A DNA stretch of 64,000 bases. It comes from Schizochytrium sp. TIO01. Taxonomy: Eukaryota; Protista; Bigyra: Labyrinthulomycetes. How positions within the stretch are numbered: position 1 is the stretch's first letter; each line of letters begins with the position of its first letter. Below, in pieces: positions 13,542-23,595 of the stretch. Location of the stretch: positions 1,526,747 to 1,590,746 of the forward strand of contig SMSO01000037.1 of assembly GCA_004764695.1 (NCBI GenBank), in the 5' to 3' direction. Under the pieces are notes generated by a model, which was not told where the DNA came from, did not search any database, and saw nothing but the letters and a program-made list of their open reading frames with translations. The translations under genes were made by a program, and so were the position numbers.

Positions 13542-14968
13542 CACAAGGACCTCCGAGTTTGGCTAGTCGGAGCTTTAGGAGCTATAAACATTATTTGTGC
13601 TGAAAAGCGCTTAAAAACGTATTATCTTTGGAAGAAGGGAGAGGTGTGGATTATAATCCTAATCTTATCTATTGGATGAGTATTGAAAGTAAGGAGATAA
13701 ATAGAGCTTCTTATAAAAGTAAAAAGCCACTGCATTCAAATTTACCATTTTTAATAAATACTAACACTAGTCATAATTGAATTAAAAAATTAATTTATCA
13801 TTCAAATTAGTATTTTAGTTATAATGGGCTTCAATGATCAGAGACTATATAAAAGAGTCTTAATATGCATATTTTACTTAATTAAATTAAAAGAAATGTT
13901 AGCAAAAAAAGTTTATCAAGTAATGAGGCGACGCAGATGCAGTGCGATTGTTGACATAGTATAAGTGAGCAAGCAAGCCAGACAAGAGTCCTTGCGCTTG
14001 CAAGCCCAATAGCTCCTTCGGGGCTAGCTAGGGTTGTGAAGCAACTGACTGGTGATTGAAGGCCTAGACTTAGCGAGGAGGGCTTTCTTAAAGAAGTAGC
14101 GGCCTCCGGGTTCTCTCTAGTACAAACTAAACGTCACTGGTCCACTAAGTTTGGCGGTCGTTGTCGTCATCCACTTGGTGCTTACTTGTGCAGTCCAAAC
14201 TTCTATTTGCCGAGAGAAAATACAACATCGATAAGGATTCAAGTTATCGTCCGTATCGATCTGCTCTCAGTTGACACGAATTCAAGAGACGCAGGCATAC
14301 TTTCGTGACCATTTAAGTTTCGAGTACCGAGTAGGTCGTAGTCGCGGCTCCTTACAAGTCAACGAACGAAGTCAATACTTCATTCAACAACACTAGTTCC
14401 TCGGAGGCGTCCCTTGCTTTATTGAGCCATTTCTTTCTTTCTTTCTTTCTGCTTACTAGGTACTTCCTTACCTTATACCTACTGCCACTTCTTTAGTCCG
14501 AAGTTCCTCGCTTTGCGCCGGTGTCGTTGGTGCAGGGCATCGAGCTGAGGCCAGTAAAGACGGAACCAAGGGCAGGCTGCGGAGCTGAGCGGCAGCTTTC
14601 TCTCGTGCCGGACTTGGCCATCTTTTGAACTCAGGTCGCTTGCAGCAACTTGTAACAACTCGAGATAGCTCGTGATAACTCGTGACCTGGAGGGCTAGTG
14701 GATCATTGAGGTTTCTCATTGCAGTCAAACACGGCGCAGAAATAGATAGATTGTTAGAGGCAGGAGAGATAATTAAGAAAGCAGAAGCCCAGAAGACGAG
14801 ATTTACAGTGTACAGTTCACCGCTTGGCACAATCTCTGAAACGTTCTTGCACCAGCCGGTCTAGTTCACCTTTCAGGGAAATCGAATCCGTGATATATCG
14901 GTGTATCATTATAGCGCACCTGTACAGATAAATCAAGTCTAGAATTAGTGCAATAAAAATTTGCTAAC

Positions 14969-16570
14969 ATGAACGCGACAGATTCAGGCTTTGGGATAGA
15001 TCTCTTCAACGATGTACCTCTTCATAAGGTCGTCACTCTGAGCATCATGTTCATTGTGTTCTTTGTTTCTCTGCTTGGTCAGATGTTTGTTTTCAACCAA
15101 GCTAAAGCATCAGAATTCAAGACTCGTGAGGCCCTTTCGCCCGGCGAGGGTATGATCTGGCGGGAGGAGTTTGGAAAGGCAGTAGCACGTCCGTTAGAAC
15201 CAGAAGTGTACGCACGCAAACGCGAGCAGCTCGGACATAAGAAGTTCTCCTGGGATGAGATAAATCAACATACCAAGCGTGACGATCTATGGATCGTTGT
15301 CGAGGGCAAGGTGTTTGATGTGACCCCTTTCGTAGAACGCCACCCTGGTGGCTGGCGTCCAATTACGCACAGTAGTGGTAAAGACGGAACAGATGCATTT
15401 AGTGAATTTCACCCCGCTAGCGTCTTGGAACGTTGGATGCCTCAGTACTACATCGGTGACGTGGACAAGTATGAGGTTTCTGCCTTGGTCCGCGACTTTA
15501 GAGCCATCAAACAAGAACTCTTGGCTCGTGGGTATTTTGAAAACACCACCTCCTATTACTATGCAAAGTACATCTGGTGCGCTTCCATGTTCGCGCCAGC
15601 TCTGTATGGAGTGTTGTGCTGCACGTCAACATTTGCGCATATGCTATCCGCTATTGGAATGGCTATGTTTTGGCAACAAATAGCTTTTATTGGTCATGAT
15701 GCTGGCCACAACGCTGTATCTCATGTTCGCGATATGGATCTCTTTTGGGCAGGTTTTATCGGTGATATGCTTGGTGGAGTGGGGCTTAGCTGGTGGAAGC
15801 TGTCCCACAACACTCACCACTGTGTGACAAACAGTGTCGAGAATGACCCAGACATCCAACACTTGCCTTTTCTGGCCATTACAAATAAGCTCTTCAAACG
15901 CTTCTACAGTACATTCCATGATCGATACTTTGAGGCAGATATCTTTGCTCGCTTCTTTGTAGGTTACCAACACATTCTGTACTATCCGGTGATGATGGTT
16001 GCACGCTTCAATCTGATTCTTCAAAGCTGGCTCACCCTTCTTTCTCGTGAACGTATTGACTACCGTTACTCGGAGATGCTTGCTCTTGCTATTTTCTGGG
16101 TGTGGTTCTATAAGTTTGTCATGTGCTTGCCGTACAATGAGCGTATTCCATATGTTGTGCTCTCTTACGCAGTTGCTGGCATCCTCCATGTCCAGATCTG
16201 CATTTCTCACTTTATGATGGAAACTTTCCACGGTCGCTCTACCGAGGAATGGATTCGTCATCAGCTGCGGACATGTCAGGATGTGACATGTCCGTTTTAC
16301 ATGGATTGGTTTCATGGCGGTTTGCAATTTCAGACTGAGCATCACATGTGGCCCCGCTTGCCCCGTAGGAATCTTCGGGTGGCACGTGCTCGTCTGATTG
16401 AGCTCTGTGCAAAATACAACCTCAATTATGTTGAAATGGACTTTATTGAATCAAACAAGCACCTTATCAGATGCCTGCGTAAGACTGCCATGGAAGCACG
16501 TAAACTCAAGTCTGGAGATGCTGGATTTTATGAAAGTCCAATGTGGGAAAGTCTCAACCTCCGTGGTTGA
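14969..16570 (+). CDS. Cytochrome b5-fused front-end desaturase, most similar in motifs to sphingolipid long-chain-base delta-8 desaturases
   Basis: 533-aa ORF with the cyt b5 HPGG motif and His boxes HDAGH, WWKLSHNTHH and QTEHH. The VTN...DPDIQHLP segment is typical of SLD-type desaturases. There is an N-terminal hydrophobic segment. Confidence 0.92.
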   Translation: MNATDSGFGIDLFNDVPLHKVVTLSIMFIVFFVSLLGQMFVFNQAKASEFKTREALSPGEGMIWREEFGKAVARPLEPEVYARKREQLGHKKFSWDEINQHTKRDDLWIVVEGKVFDVTPFVERHPGGWRPITHSSGKDGTDAFSEFHPASVLERWMPQYYIGDVDKYEVSALVRDFRAIKQELLARGYFENTTSYYYAKYIWCASMFAPALYGVLCCTSTFAHMLSAIGMAMFWQQIAFIGHDAGHNAVSHVRDMDLFWAGFIGDMLGGVGLSWWKLSHNTHHCVTNSVENDPDIQHLPFLAITNKLFKRFYSTFHDRYFEADIFARFFVGYQHILYYPVMMVARFNLILQSWLTLLSRERIDYRYSEMLALAIFWVWFYKFVMCLPYNERIPYVVLSYAVAGILHVQICISHFMMETFHGRSTEEWIRHQLRTCQDVTCPFYMDWFHGGLQFQTEHHMWPRLPRRNLRVARARLIELCAKYNLNYVEMDFIESNKHLIRCLRKTAMEARKLKSGDAGFYESPMWESLNLRG

Positions 16571-16909
16571 GACCCCTTTGAAAGCTCTTGCATAATGAAC
16601 CCTGAGATGCGCGTTTTTGCTTGCGCATTACGACACTTCGTCCAACCTCACTCCTAAGCATGATAGGGATCGTCCGAGCTTTTCAAAATTTGAAAGTAAT
16701 GCCGATGTCACGTATATGTGTATTGGGAGTAGCACTGGCGTTTTAGAGTCTAGTTTTTTAACAAAGCCGAAGGATGAGCGACCCAGGCCTCGCAATGGTT
16801 GATTGTTCTTAATCGGCATTTGCTCTCCATAATCAACTTCCTGTGTGAGGAGTTTGACAAGGCAGTTGCCTTAACAGAGTGAATAGCTCCAGAAGCTTTT
16901 GCAGACTAT

Positions 16910-16933
16910 AATAATAATAATAATAATAATAAT
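16910..16933. repeat. (AAT)n microsatellite
   Basis: A run of AAT triplets lies downstream of the desaturase. Confidence 0.85.
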
Positions 16934-17746
16934 GTATGAAGAAAAAATATTTTTTGCTATATTCGTGTATGCAAGACACTTCACGTATCTTACTAAAATT
17001 TGTCATATGCTATGTACCTAAATGAAAGGACTGATTTGACTAGCCTCTGATCAGTGAAATTGGATCTTAGCTCTCGATAAGCTGTACTGCTGTTGGAGTC
17101 CAAATTCTTACAAAATCACAAAAACCTCTCATAGAACACTGCAAGCAAAAATCAAGTGCGGAAAAGTACAAAGTAAGTAGACAACTTGATTGTAGTTTTC
17201 ATTCCGGCGCTGTCACCATAGAAGCTCCTATCTATATAATGACTTAAAGTAGCTTACTAAATATGGCTGAGCCCTGGGTACACCTCGGTGTCTAGGAATC
17301 TGAAAGAGACTTATACGAGGTGTGGATACCAGTGCGGAGCTCCCTCACTCTGAAGAAATAGCTTTCTCACCGTAAAAAACCAGGGGCTGTACGCAACGAT
17401 TTTAATTTGTAGCCAAGGTAACACCCAGCCAGTTAAAAGCAGCAGAGTATATAAAAAGATGGTTCAGAAAATAATGACTTGAACTGCTTCAATACAACTT
17501 GGTTTTTATGTGAAAGTCATTTCCTCAACTACTTTCTCTTTAAGCAATAACAAGATAATAACGAATGTTTGGGACAAAAAAAGCTGTTCACAACAATTTG
17601 CTTGAAAGGTTACTCTTTGTATACTAAATCGGAAATTTTGGAAAGGTAGTCGGTCCTTCCAGTTCTACCGACTGTCAAAAAGACCTTGCCTGACGGCAGT
17701 TGGTCATCATGTATGCGCTGCGTTGGGTTGGATTATTTTGGTCGAT

Positions 17747-18427
17747 TTACTTAGCAGCCTTGAAGCGCTCCTCAACCTTGGCCCAGTTGTAGATGTTCCA
17801 GCAGTTCTCGATGTACTCCGGGCGACGGTTCTGGACATCCCACCAGTAAGCGTGCTCCCACACATCAAGACCAAGAAGAGGGGTGCAGCCGGTGGTAGAG
17901 CAGGGGTCCTGGTTAGCGGTGGTGACAACGCGGACACTCTTCTCAGTAGGGTCCCAGGCAAGCCATGCCCAGCCAGAGCCCTGAACTCCGACGGCCTTGG
18001 CAGAGAACTCCTTCTTGAAGCTGTCAAAGCTTCCCCACTTGGAGGTAATGGCCTTGCCAACCTCACCGGTGGGCTCACCACCTCCGTTGGAGCTGGCAGG
18101 GGCAAGGTTCTCCCAGAAGAGGCAGTGGTTCACGTGGCCACCTCCGTTGAACTTGAGAGGGGTCTGAAGAGCAATCATGGTGGCCATGTCGCCCTTGGAC
18201 TCAGCATCAGCGTACTTCTCGAGAGTAGCATTGAGGTTGGTTACGTACGCCTGGTGGTGCTTGGTGTGGTGCACCTCCATGATCTTGGCGCTCACGTAAG
18301 GCTCGAGGGCGCCATAGTCGTAGGAGAGGTCCGGGAGCTTGAAGGAGCCCGCGAGGGAGGCAGCTGACAGGTTGCGAACACCTGCCTTAGCGACGAAGAG
18401 CTTGCCAGAGTTACCGAGGACCTGCAT
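17747..18427 (-). CDS. SOD2: Mitochondrial Mn superoxide dismutase
   Basis: Motifs LPDLSYDYGALEP, HHTKHHQAY, FNGGGHVNH (Mn-type), GSGWAWL, NQD and DVWEHAY, plus a basic N-terminal transit-like peptide. Confidence 0.97.
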   Translation of the reverse strand: MQVLGNSGKLFVAKAGVRNLSAASLAGSFKLPDLSYDYGALEPYVSAKIMEVHHTKHHQAYVTNLNATLEKYADAESKGDMATMIALQTPLKFNGGGHVNHCLFWENLAPASSNGGGEPTGEVGKAITSKWGSFDSFKKEFSAKAVGVQGSGWAWLAWDPTEKSVRVVTTANQDPCSTTGCTPLLGLDVWEHAYWWDVQNRRPEYIENCWNIYNWAKVEERFKAAK

Positions 18428-19450
18428 GATGCTTGCTTGAAGACTTGGTTTAGACGGAGGAAAGGAATTTAATTCTTGGTTTGCTGCCTGTGAAGTGGTG
18501 TCTTTGGCTTAGTTACAATGCTTCCTCTGCTTTCTCTTAATCTATCTATGTCTGTATCTATTTCCTCATCTATTATCTATCTAATTCTCTACCTATGCAG
18601 TAGATACACTACAGGTACTGCAAATGCTGCTGCAGGTAAAAGTATCCTCTTCTTCCTCTTTCACCTTTTCTGTCTCCTGGAGAGTCTTAAGAGTGACAAT
18701 AGATGGTTGATAGGTCAACTAAGATATTGATATCACGATAATAAATAACATTAAAATGAAAGTGATTTTTTTAAATATATATTTTTTTAATTTCATCCAT
18801 TTCAAAATTTAGGACAATCGAAATTGAGTTCAACAGGCACCCTGCCTGCCTAGCACTAACTATATAACCTTTAGCAAGTGCAGTATAGCATTCCTATACT
18901 AGGTCTAACTAGTTGAACATCATAACTGCTATCTTCAACTGGTTCTTTGCTATATAGAGCATGTATATATTTTTTTGAAGAAGAAAAGGTTTTCAGCCTG
19001 GCCTGGTGCGGAGCGAATGAAGTAGAGACTCGAACTAACCTATAGAGACGAGCTAGCAGTGATCCTAGTTACTTGTTCTTCTTGAAATAAAAAAAGTAAA
19101 TAGAAATAGCCTTATGACAGATAATATTCACACCTACTCTACATATATTATAGATTAAGAAGATATAATTTATTTTTGCTACCTGCTAGTAGATAGTCGC
19201 TGGAGGAGCGAGCAAAGTTGCTACGCCAATTTCAGATATCTATCCTATGCTGCTGTGTAGCCTTGAACTTCTGAATGTGAAGACTATATAACAACGAAAA
19301 AAGTAGGATGAAATGAGTCTGTAAAAAAAGAACGAAAAAAGAAAAGAAAAAAGAGAAGATAATCCAAGTCATCGCCGGAGATACATATCCAGGCTTCCGG
19401 TAGTACTAATTAGTTAGTGGTAGTACTTTATGATCTAGAAAAAGAAATGT

Positions 19451-19481
<31 letters not shown>

Positions 19482-19694
19482 TACCATACTAACATGTAAA
19501 TGAAGGAAAATGTAGTGTTGCCTGTGGTTATTAGTGGCTGTTCCTTTCTAGCTCTGCCTGCGAGTCAGTTTCAATGTCTCCTTCTGGAAAGAAAAATGAT
19601 TTCATTCTCAGTTGCGGAGTTATGTATTTCCTTCTTGGAAAGAAAAGACTTATTCTCTTCTATGTAGCTAACTAAGTCCAAAGCCCCATTTCCA

Positions 19695-19778
19695 AGCAAT
19701 GAGTGATTGTTTTGGCTTGACTCTTTACCCAACTTGCTAAAAGATTTTAACTTTATTTACTCTGAGTAGCGAGAGTAC
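19695..19778 (+). repeat. Dispersed short repeat family, copy B
   Basis: GAGTGATTGTTTTGGCTTGA...TTTACCCAACTTGCTAAAAGATTTTAACTT...GAGTAGCGAGAGT is closely similar to 55022-55105. Confidence 0.8.
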
Positions 19779-20290
19779 ATTTTCCAAGGTAAACTACGCA
19801 ATGCGTAGCTAGTTAGTCCATGTAGCGGTGGTAGGTACCATCGTACATCTTCAAATGTGCTTTCTCTCTCACGGGAACTATGCTTTTTGCGTTCTTTGAT
19901 GCTCTACAATAGCTCAACCATACCCAGAGTAATGTTAATGTTAGTAGTAGTTAGGTGGGCACTAATACATCTGAGCCTCAAACATGAATAGGCAGGAACC
20001 CCTCAATTACTAAAATCCGCTATATATATATATATTCCTACTGTATCCTTTGCAGCTTTGCTCGACTCAAGTTTTTATTCAATTGAAAAACATTCGTCGC
20101 AACAAAGTCTTACGTTCTATGTAATTCAAGCTACTAGATAGGCCTTCTCTGAGGTTATTCTCTGAAGTAGATTGCGTCCGAGTACAAAGCATATGACTAC
20201 TCAATGCGTTCAAGTTCGATTGGCTCAGCTTCGTGTTCGCTTCTAGTTCTCAACTTTTTATCGAAGGTACTACTAGGCGTCGTCCATCAG

Positions 20291-20353
20291 TCTCACTAGT
20301 GCGAGGCAACTCCTTAAAGGAGTAAAAACTCTAGTCAAAACAATCACTCATTC
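20291..20353 (-). repeat. Dispersed short repeat family, copy C (inverted)
   Basis: The + strand reads TCTCACTAGT...GTCAAAACAATCACTCATT, the reverse complement of the family ends. Confidence 0.65.
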
Positions 20354-20635
20354 GCTGACTTGTGAAAAAATCTCATGCTGCCTCTGATGTACTACGGCGA
20401 GCAAACTCGCAAGCGTAGATGATGTTGTCTAGGTACGAGCAGTCAAATTTCATTGGAAAGGGTCAGCACATTATGATGAAGATTTGATTTTCATGGCATC
20501 AATAAATACAAGAGTGGTTTACAAGCCTCAACTGTGAATGACTCAAGTTTGTCGTGGCTGCGTTAACCTCAATACACAGCAAGACGGCGATTTATAATTC
20601 GCTGCTCTTCTTGCTAACACTCTTTGATCACAGGT

Positions 20636-20660
20636 GGTAGGTAGGTAGGTAGGTAGGTAG
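20636..20660. repeat. (GTAG)n microsatellite
   Basis: Run of GTAG units (GTAGGTAGGTAG...). Confidence 0.85.
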
Positions 20661-21230
20661 TTCCCTACAGACACTCAATAACGCATGATTCACAGTAGCT
20701 AGTCGGTGATCTCAAGAATAATCTTCTTTTTTGGATATTATTCTAGGCCCGATAATATTTCGTAGCTCCTCTCACAAAATGCAAATATAAGGACTCTAGC
20801 GTTCTCATTTTACTTCTAGGATTAAAAGGACCTCTGAGAATCACATTTCTACCGAGCCCGTATATTAGTTTTGCAAAGTATTGCGAAGTATTGCGAAGTT
20901 GTGAAGACAAACAAAGTGCAGGAAGCCGCCTGTTGCTCTTGTTTTTTTGTCCGTTGTAGCTGACTCACAAGGCTGCTCGAAGAGTTTCAGACATGCTGAA
21001 GCTCCTCTTCGGATGACTTCACATTCTTTTCTCTGTCTATTTTAAAGGTACACTTCAGGACTCCTCATTGCTGAGAAAGCTCCACGAAGCATGATAGAAA
21101 ACAGGGTGAGATAATCGAAATGAACGGTTTTCAAGTAACCGTGTCAACATAATCCCTGCTTCGCACTGCATAGTAGGTTGTTAGGCATATAAGTTCTTAG
21201 TTCTCCTCAAACACTCGCCGTACTGAGCGC

Positions 21231-21310
21231 ACTCTCACTAATTCAGGGCTAAGAAATTAAGATCGTTTAACTTTAGTAAAAACAACTCAAGCGAAGAAAA
21301 TCACTCATGC
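21231..21310 (-). repeat. Dispersed short repeat family, copy D (inverted)
   Basis: ACTCTCACTA...TTAAGATCGTTTA...ACTCAAGC...AATCACTCA. Confidence 0.6.
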
Positions 21311-22833
21311 TCTGAACAAGGGACTTTTTACTTCAAGCACTGTCTTTGATGTTTGAGGCAGTGCAAAGTTACACTCAATCGTCCATTCATTCATTTGCTC
21401 ACAATCAAGTTGAGTTGTTTCAGCTCCAGCAAATAAATGCGCGTTTGGGACACAAGCCACTATTGAAGTCTTCATTTTCTCCTTCGGTGAAACAAAGTCC
21501 ACGCGGAGATGCTGTCGGCTATTCTAGGAATAAAGAACCTACTTTTGGAGCGTACGAGTGCATGCTCGCTATGGCTAAAGTTAGAAGCCTGCCATGCAAA
21601 CCTTCCAAAGAGTTCCTTTAAGCAGCAGCTAACAGAGACTTTTATTTATTGATTGATGGATTGATTGATTGATCTATTTATTTGTTTCCGAAAACAAAAC
21701 CTTTGATGAATTGCATCTGCGCTGGTAAATAAAAAGAAAGAGAGGGATGTTCTTTGAAATTCATACTAGTACCCACGATAAAGAAATATTTTGATTGCTT
21801 CAGACTCGATGGAGTAGATAAAAAGCTTTGTTCATGTGGCTAAAGCCAGTGCAACCTCGCTTCATGAATAGAGAAGCATCTTAGATGTGTAACTTGGTGG
21901 TTCAGTCACATGTAATGTTACATTCACGCCAGATTTGACTTGAACCCGGACTAGGCACTACAACTTATTCCATGTAAAGATGCTAAAGTCAACTTTTAGC
22001 AATGGCGGTGCCTAAGCAAATAAAAACCTTTTACTAATAGAGAGAAATCATAACTCAAAAGATAAAGCCACACTTCCAATGTTTCTGATTGCTATGAGAG
22101 TGCTATTATACGTGAACTTGAAATCAACTGTAGCTCATTTAGTGGGTCTTTTCAATTTTCTTGGTCTTTTCTCAAGTGCCTCAGGCAGTCTACAGCATAC
22201 AAATTCAGCCAAAAGTGTATTATATAAGCTAACCAGTAAATACTTGACATTATCGATACACAACATCTACTATGCTTAGCTCTTCGTAGCTACTCTGCCC
22301 TTTTACTACGGGCAATAAATGTCAAGCTGCCACAGTTTCATAATTTAAGACTGTGCAGCACGTAGGATATACAAAGCCTACCTTATCCAGGCAATAGAGC
22401 ATATATGAATATAATTTTGGAGAAAATCATTGCTTCATTTGCTTCATCATACAAATAGGCAAGGTGTGTAACAAGGTTTGTAGACAGCAGAATTTAAATT
22501 GCGTCTTCGCGAACAAGAGTACGCAGGAAGACAGCATGACAGGGAGATAAGCAAAATGTGGACAGATATAAAAATGTATAAAATTATATATTATAGGTCA
22601 GAACACCTACAAGATTGTCGACTACGGGGAAATACGACAAGAAACAATCATTTTGTATAGACAAAACTACTGAGCAAGAACAAGTTTGATATGCAGTGAT
22701 CCTTGTTTAGAGCATGGCATGTCATGCTACTGAAATGAAAATGGCGCTTTCCACACTTGATTGAGGAGGTTGAGCACTTTTTCTCATGATTGAAAACGAT
22801 TAGCATCAGCTGCTCTGACAATCGAAAACAAGA

Positions 22834-23595
22834 TCATCGAGGGTCTTGCAAAACTACTTCTTCGGCACTGACCTTTACTACTCGGATAGCTCCATTATCA
22901 TCGCGATCATCGCCATCAAAACGAAGGCTGTACTCCACTACGCGTTTGTTCTTCTCCACTTTTCGAACAACAGTGGCATCATAGAATGTAGAAGTTTTGG
23001 GGAAGCGCGCAAGGACCCTTGTGCCTTTATTGAAAGCGCGTCGTTGGCCAAGCTCCTCTTCATTCGGAAGAACAATAAGATCGTCATGGTTTACCTCGAA
23101 GATGGCCTTTTCTTTGGCCATTTCATCCGCATCTTCAACCTTGTACAGTCGCTTACGTTTGATAAATTTTACAACACGAGTGAGCATCCAGTTGTCTTTG
23201 ATCTTGGCAGCGCAGAGTCTGCCTTCTGGAATTGGATTCTGCTGCTTCTTGCGCTTCGCAGGGGGTTCTGCATCATCCATGTTTGATGCAGTTCGCTTCA
23301 GGGGCTTTGATGCAGAAGACGAAGCAGCACGGGATTGCAGATCTGGGGGAAACTGTGTCGCTTGTTTGCTGCGGGCAGTGGTGGTTGGATTCTGGCAAAA
23401 GTCTACAAACGACCGCAGCACGTCACCCTCATCAATCTCATAGTGGCATAGGAAATGCTGCGCGCACTTGGCGGCTAGTTCTGCTCGGGAGTGAGCTTTG
23501 GGAGCGTCGACGTGGTAAAACCAGGCATAGCGCTTGAGGGTCTGGGCTCTGAGCTTGCTGAGGTCAATGTGCAAGTTTCTTGGGTAGTCGTTCAT
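22834..23595 (-). CDS. SAP30 Sin3-binding domain fused to an SGF29-like tandem Tudor domain (253 aa from ATG 23595)
   Basis: The N-terminus IDLSKLRAQTLKRYAWFYHV...SRAELAAKCAQHF...IDEGDVLRSFV matches the SAP30 C-terminal pattern. The C-terminus NWMLTRV, YKVEDAD, KGTRVLARFPKTSTFYDATV and YSLRFDGD matches the SGF29 double Tudor. A basic NLS-like PPAKRKK lies between them. Confidence 0.85.
   Translation of the reverse strand: MNDYPRNLHIDLSKLRAQTLKRYAWFYHVDAPKAHSRAELAAKCAQHFLCHYEIDEGDVLRSFVDFCQNPTTTARSKQATQFPPDLQSRAASSSASKPLKRTASNMDDAEPPAKRKKQQNPIPEGRLCAAKIKDNWMLTRVVKFIKRKRLYKVEDADEMAKEKAIFEVNHDDLIVLPNEEELGQRRAFNKGTRVLARFPKTSTFYDATVVRKVEKNKRVVEYSLRFDGDDRDDNGAIRVVKVSAEEVVLQDPR

Noticed and set aside
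17723-18367. 214-aa + strand ORF antisense to MnSOD
   Set aside because: It is a shadow ORF expected from the biased codon usage of a highly expressed gene, has no ATG start and shows no motifs.
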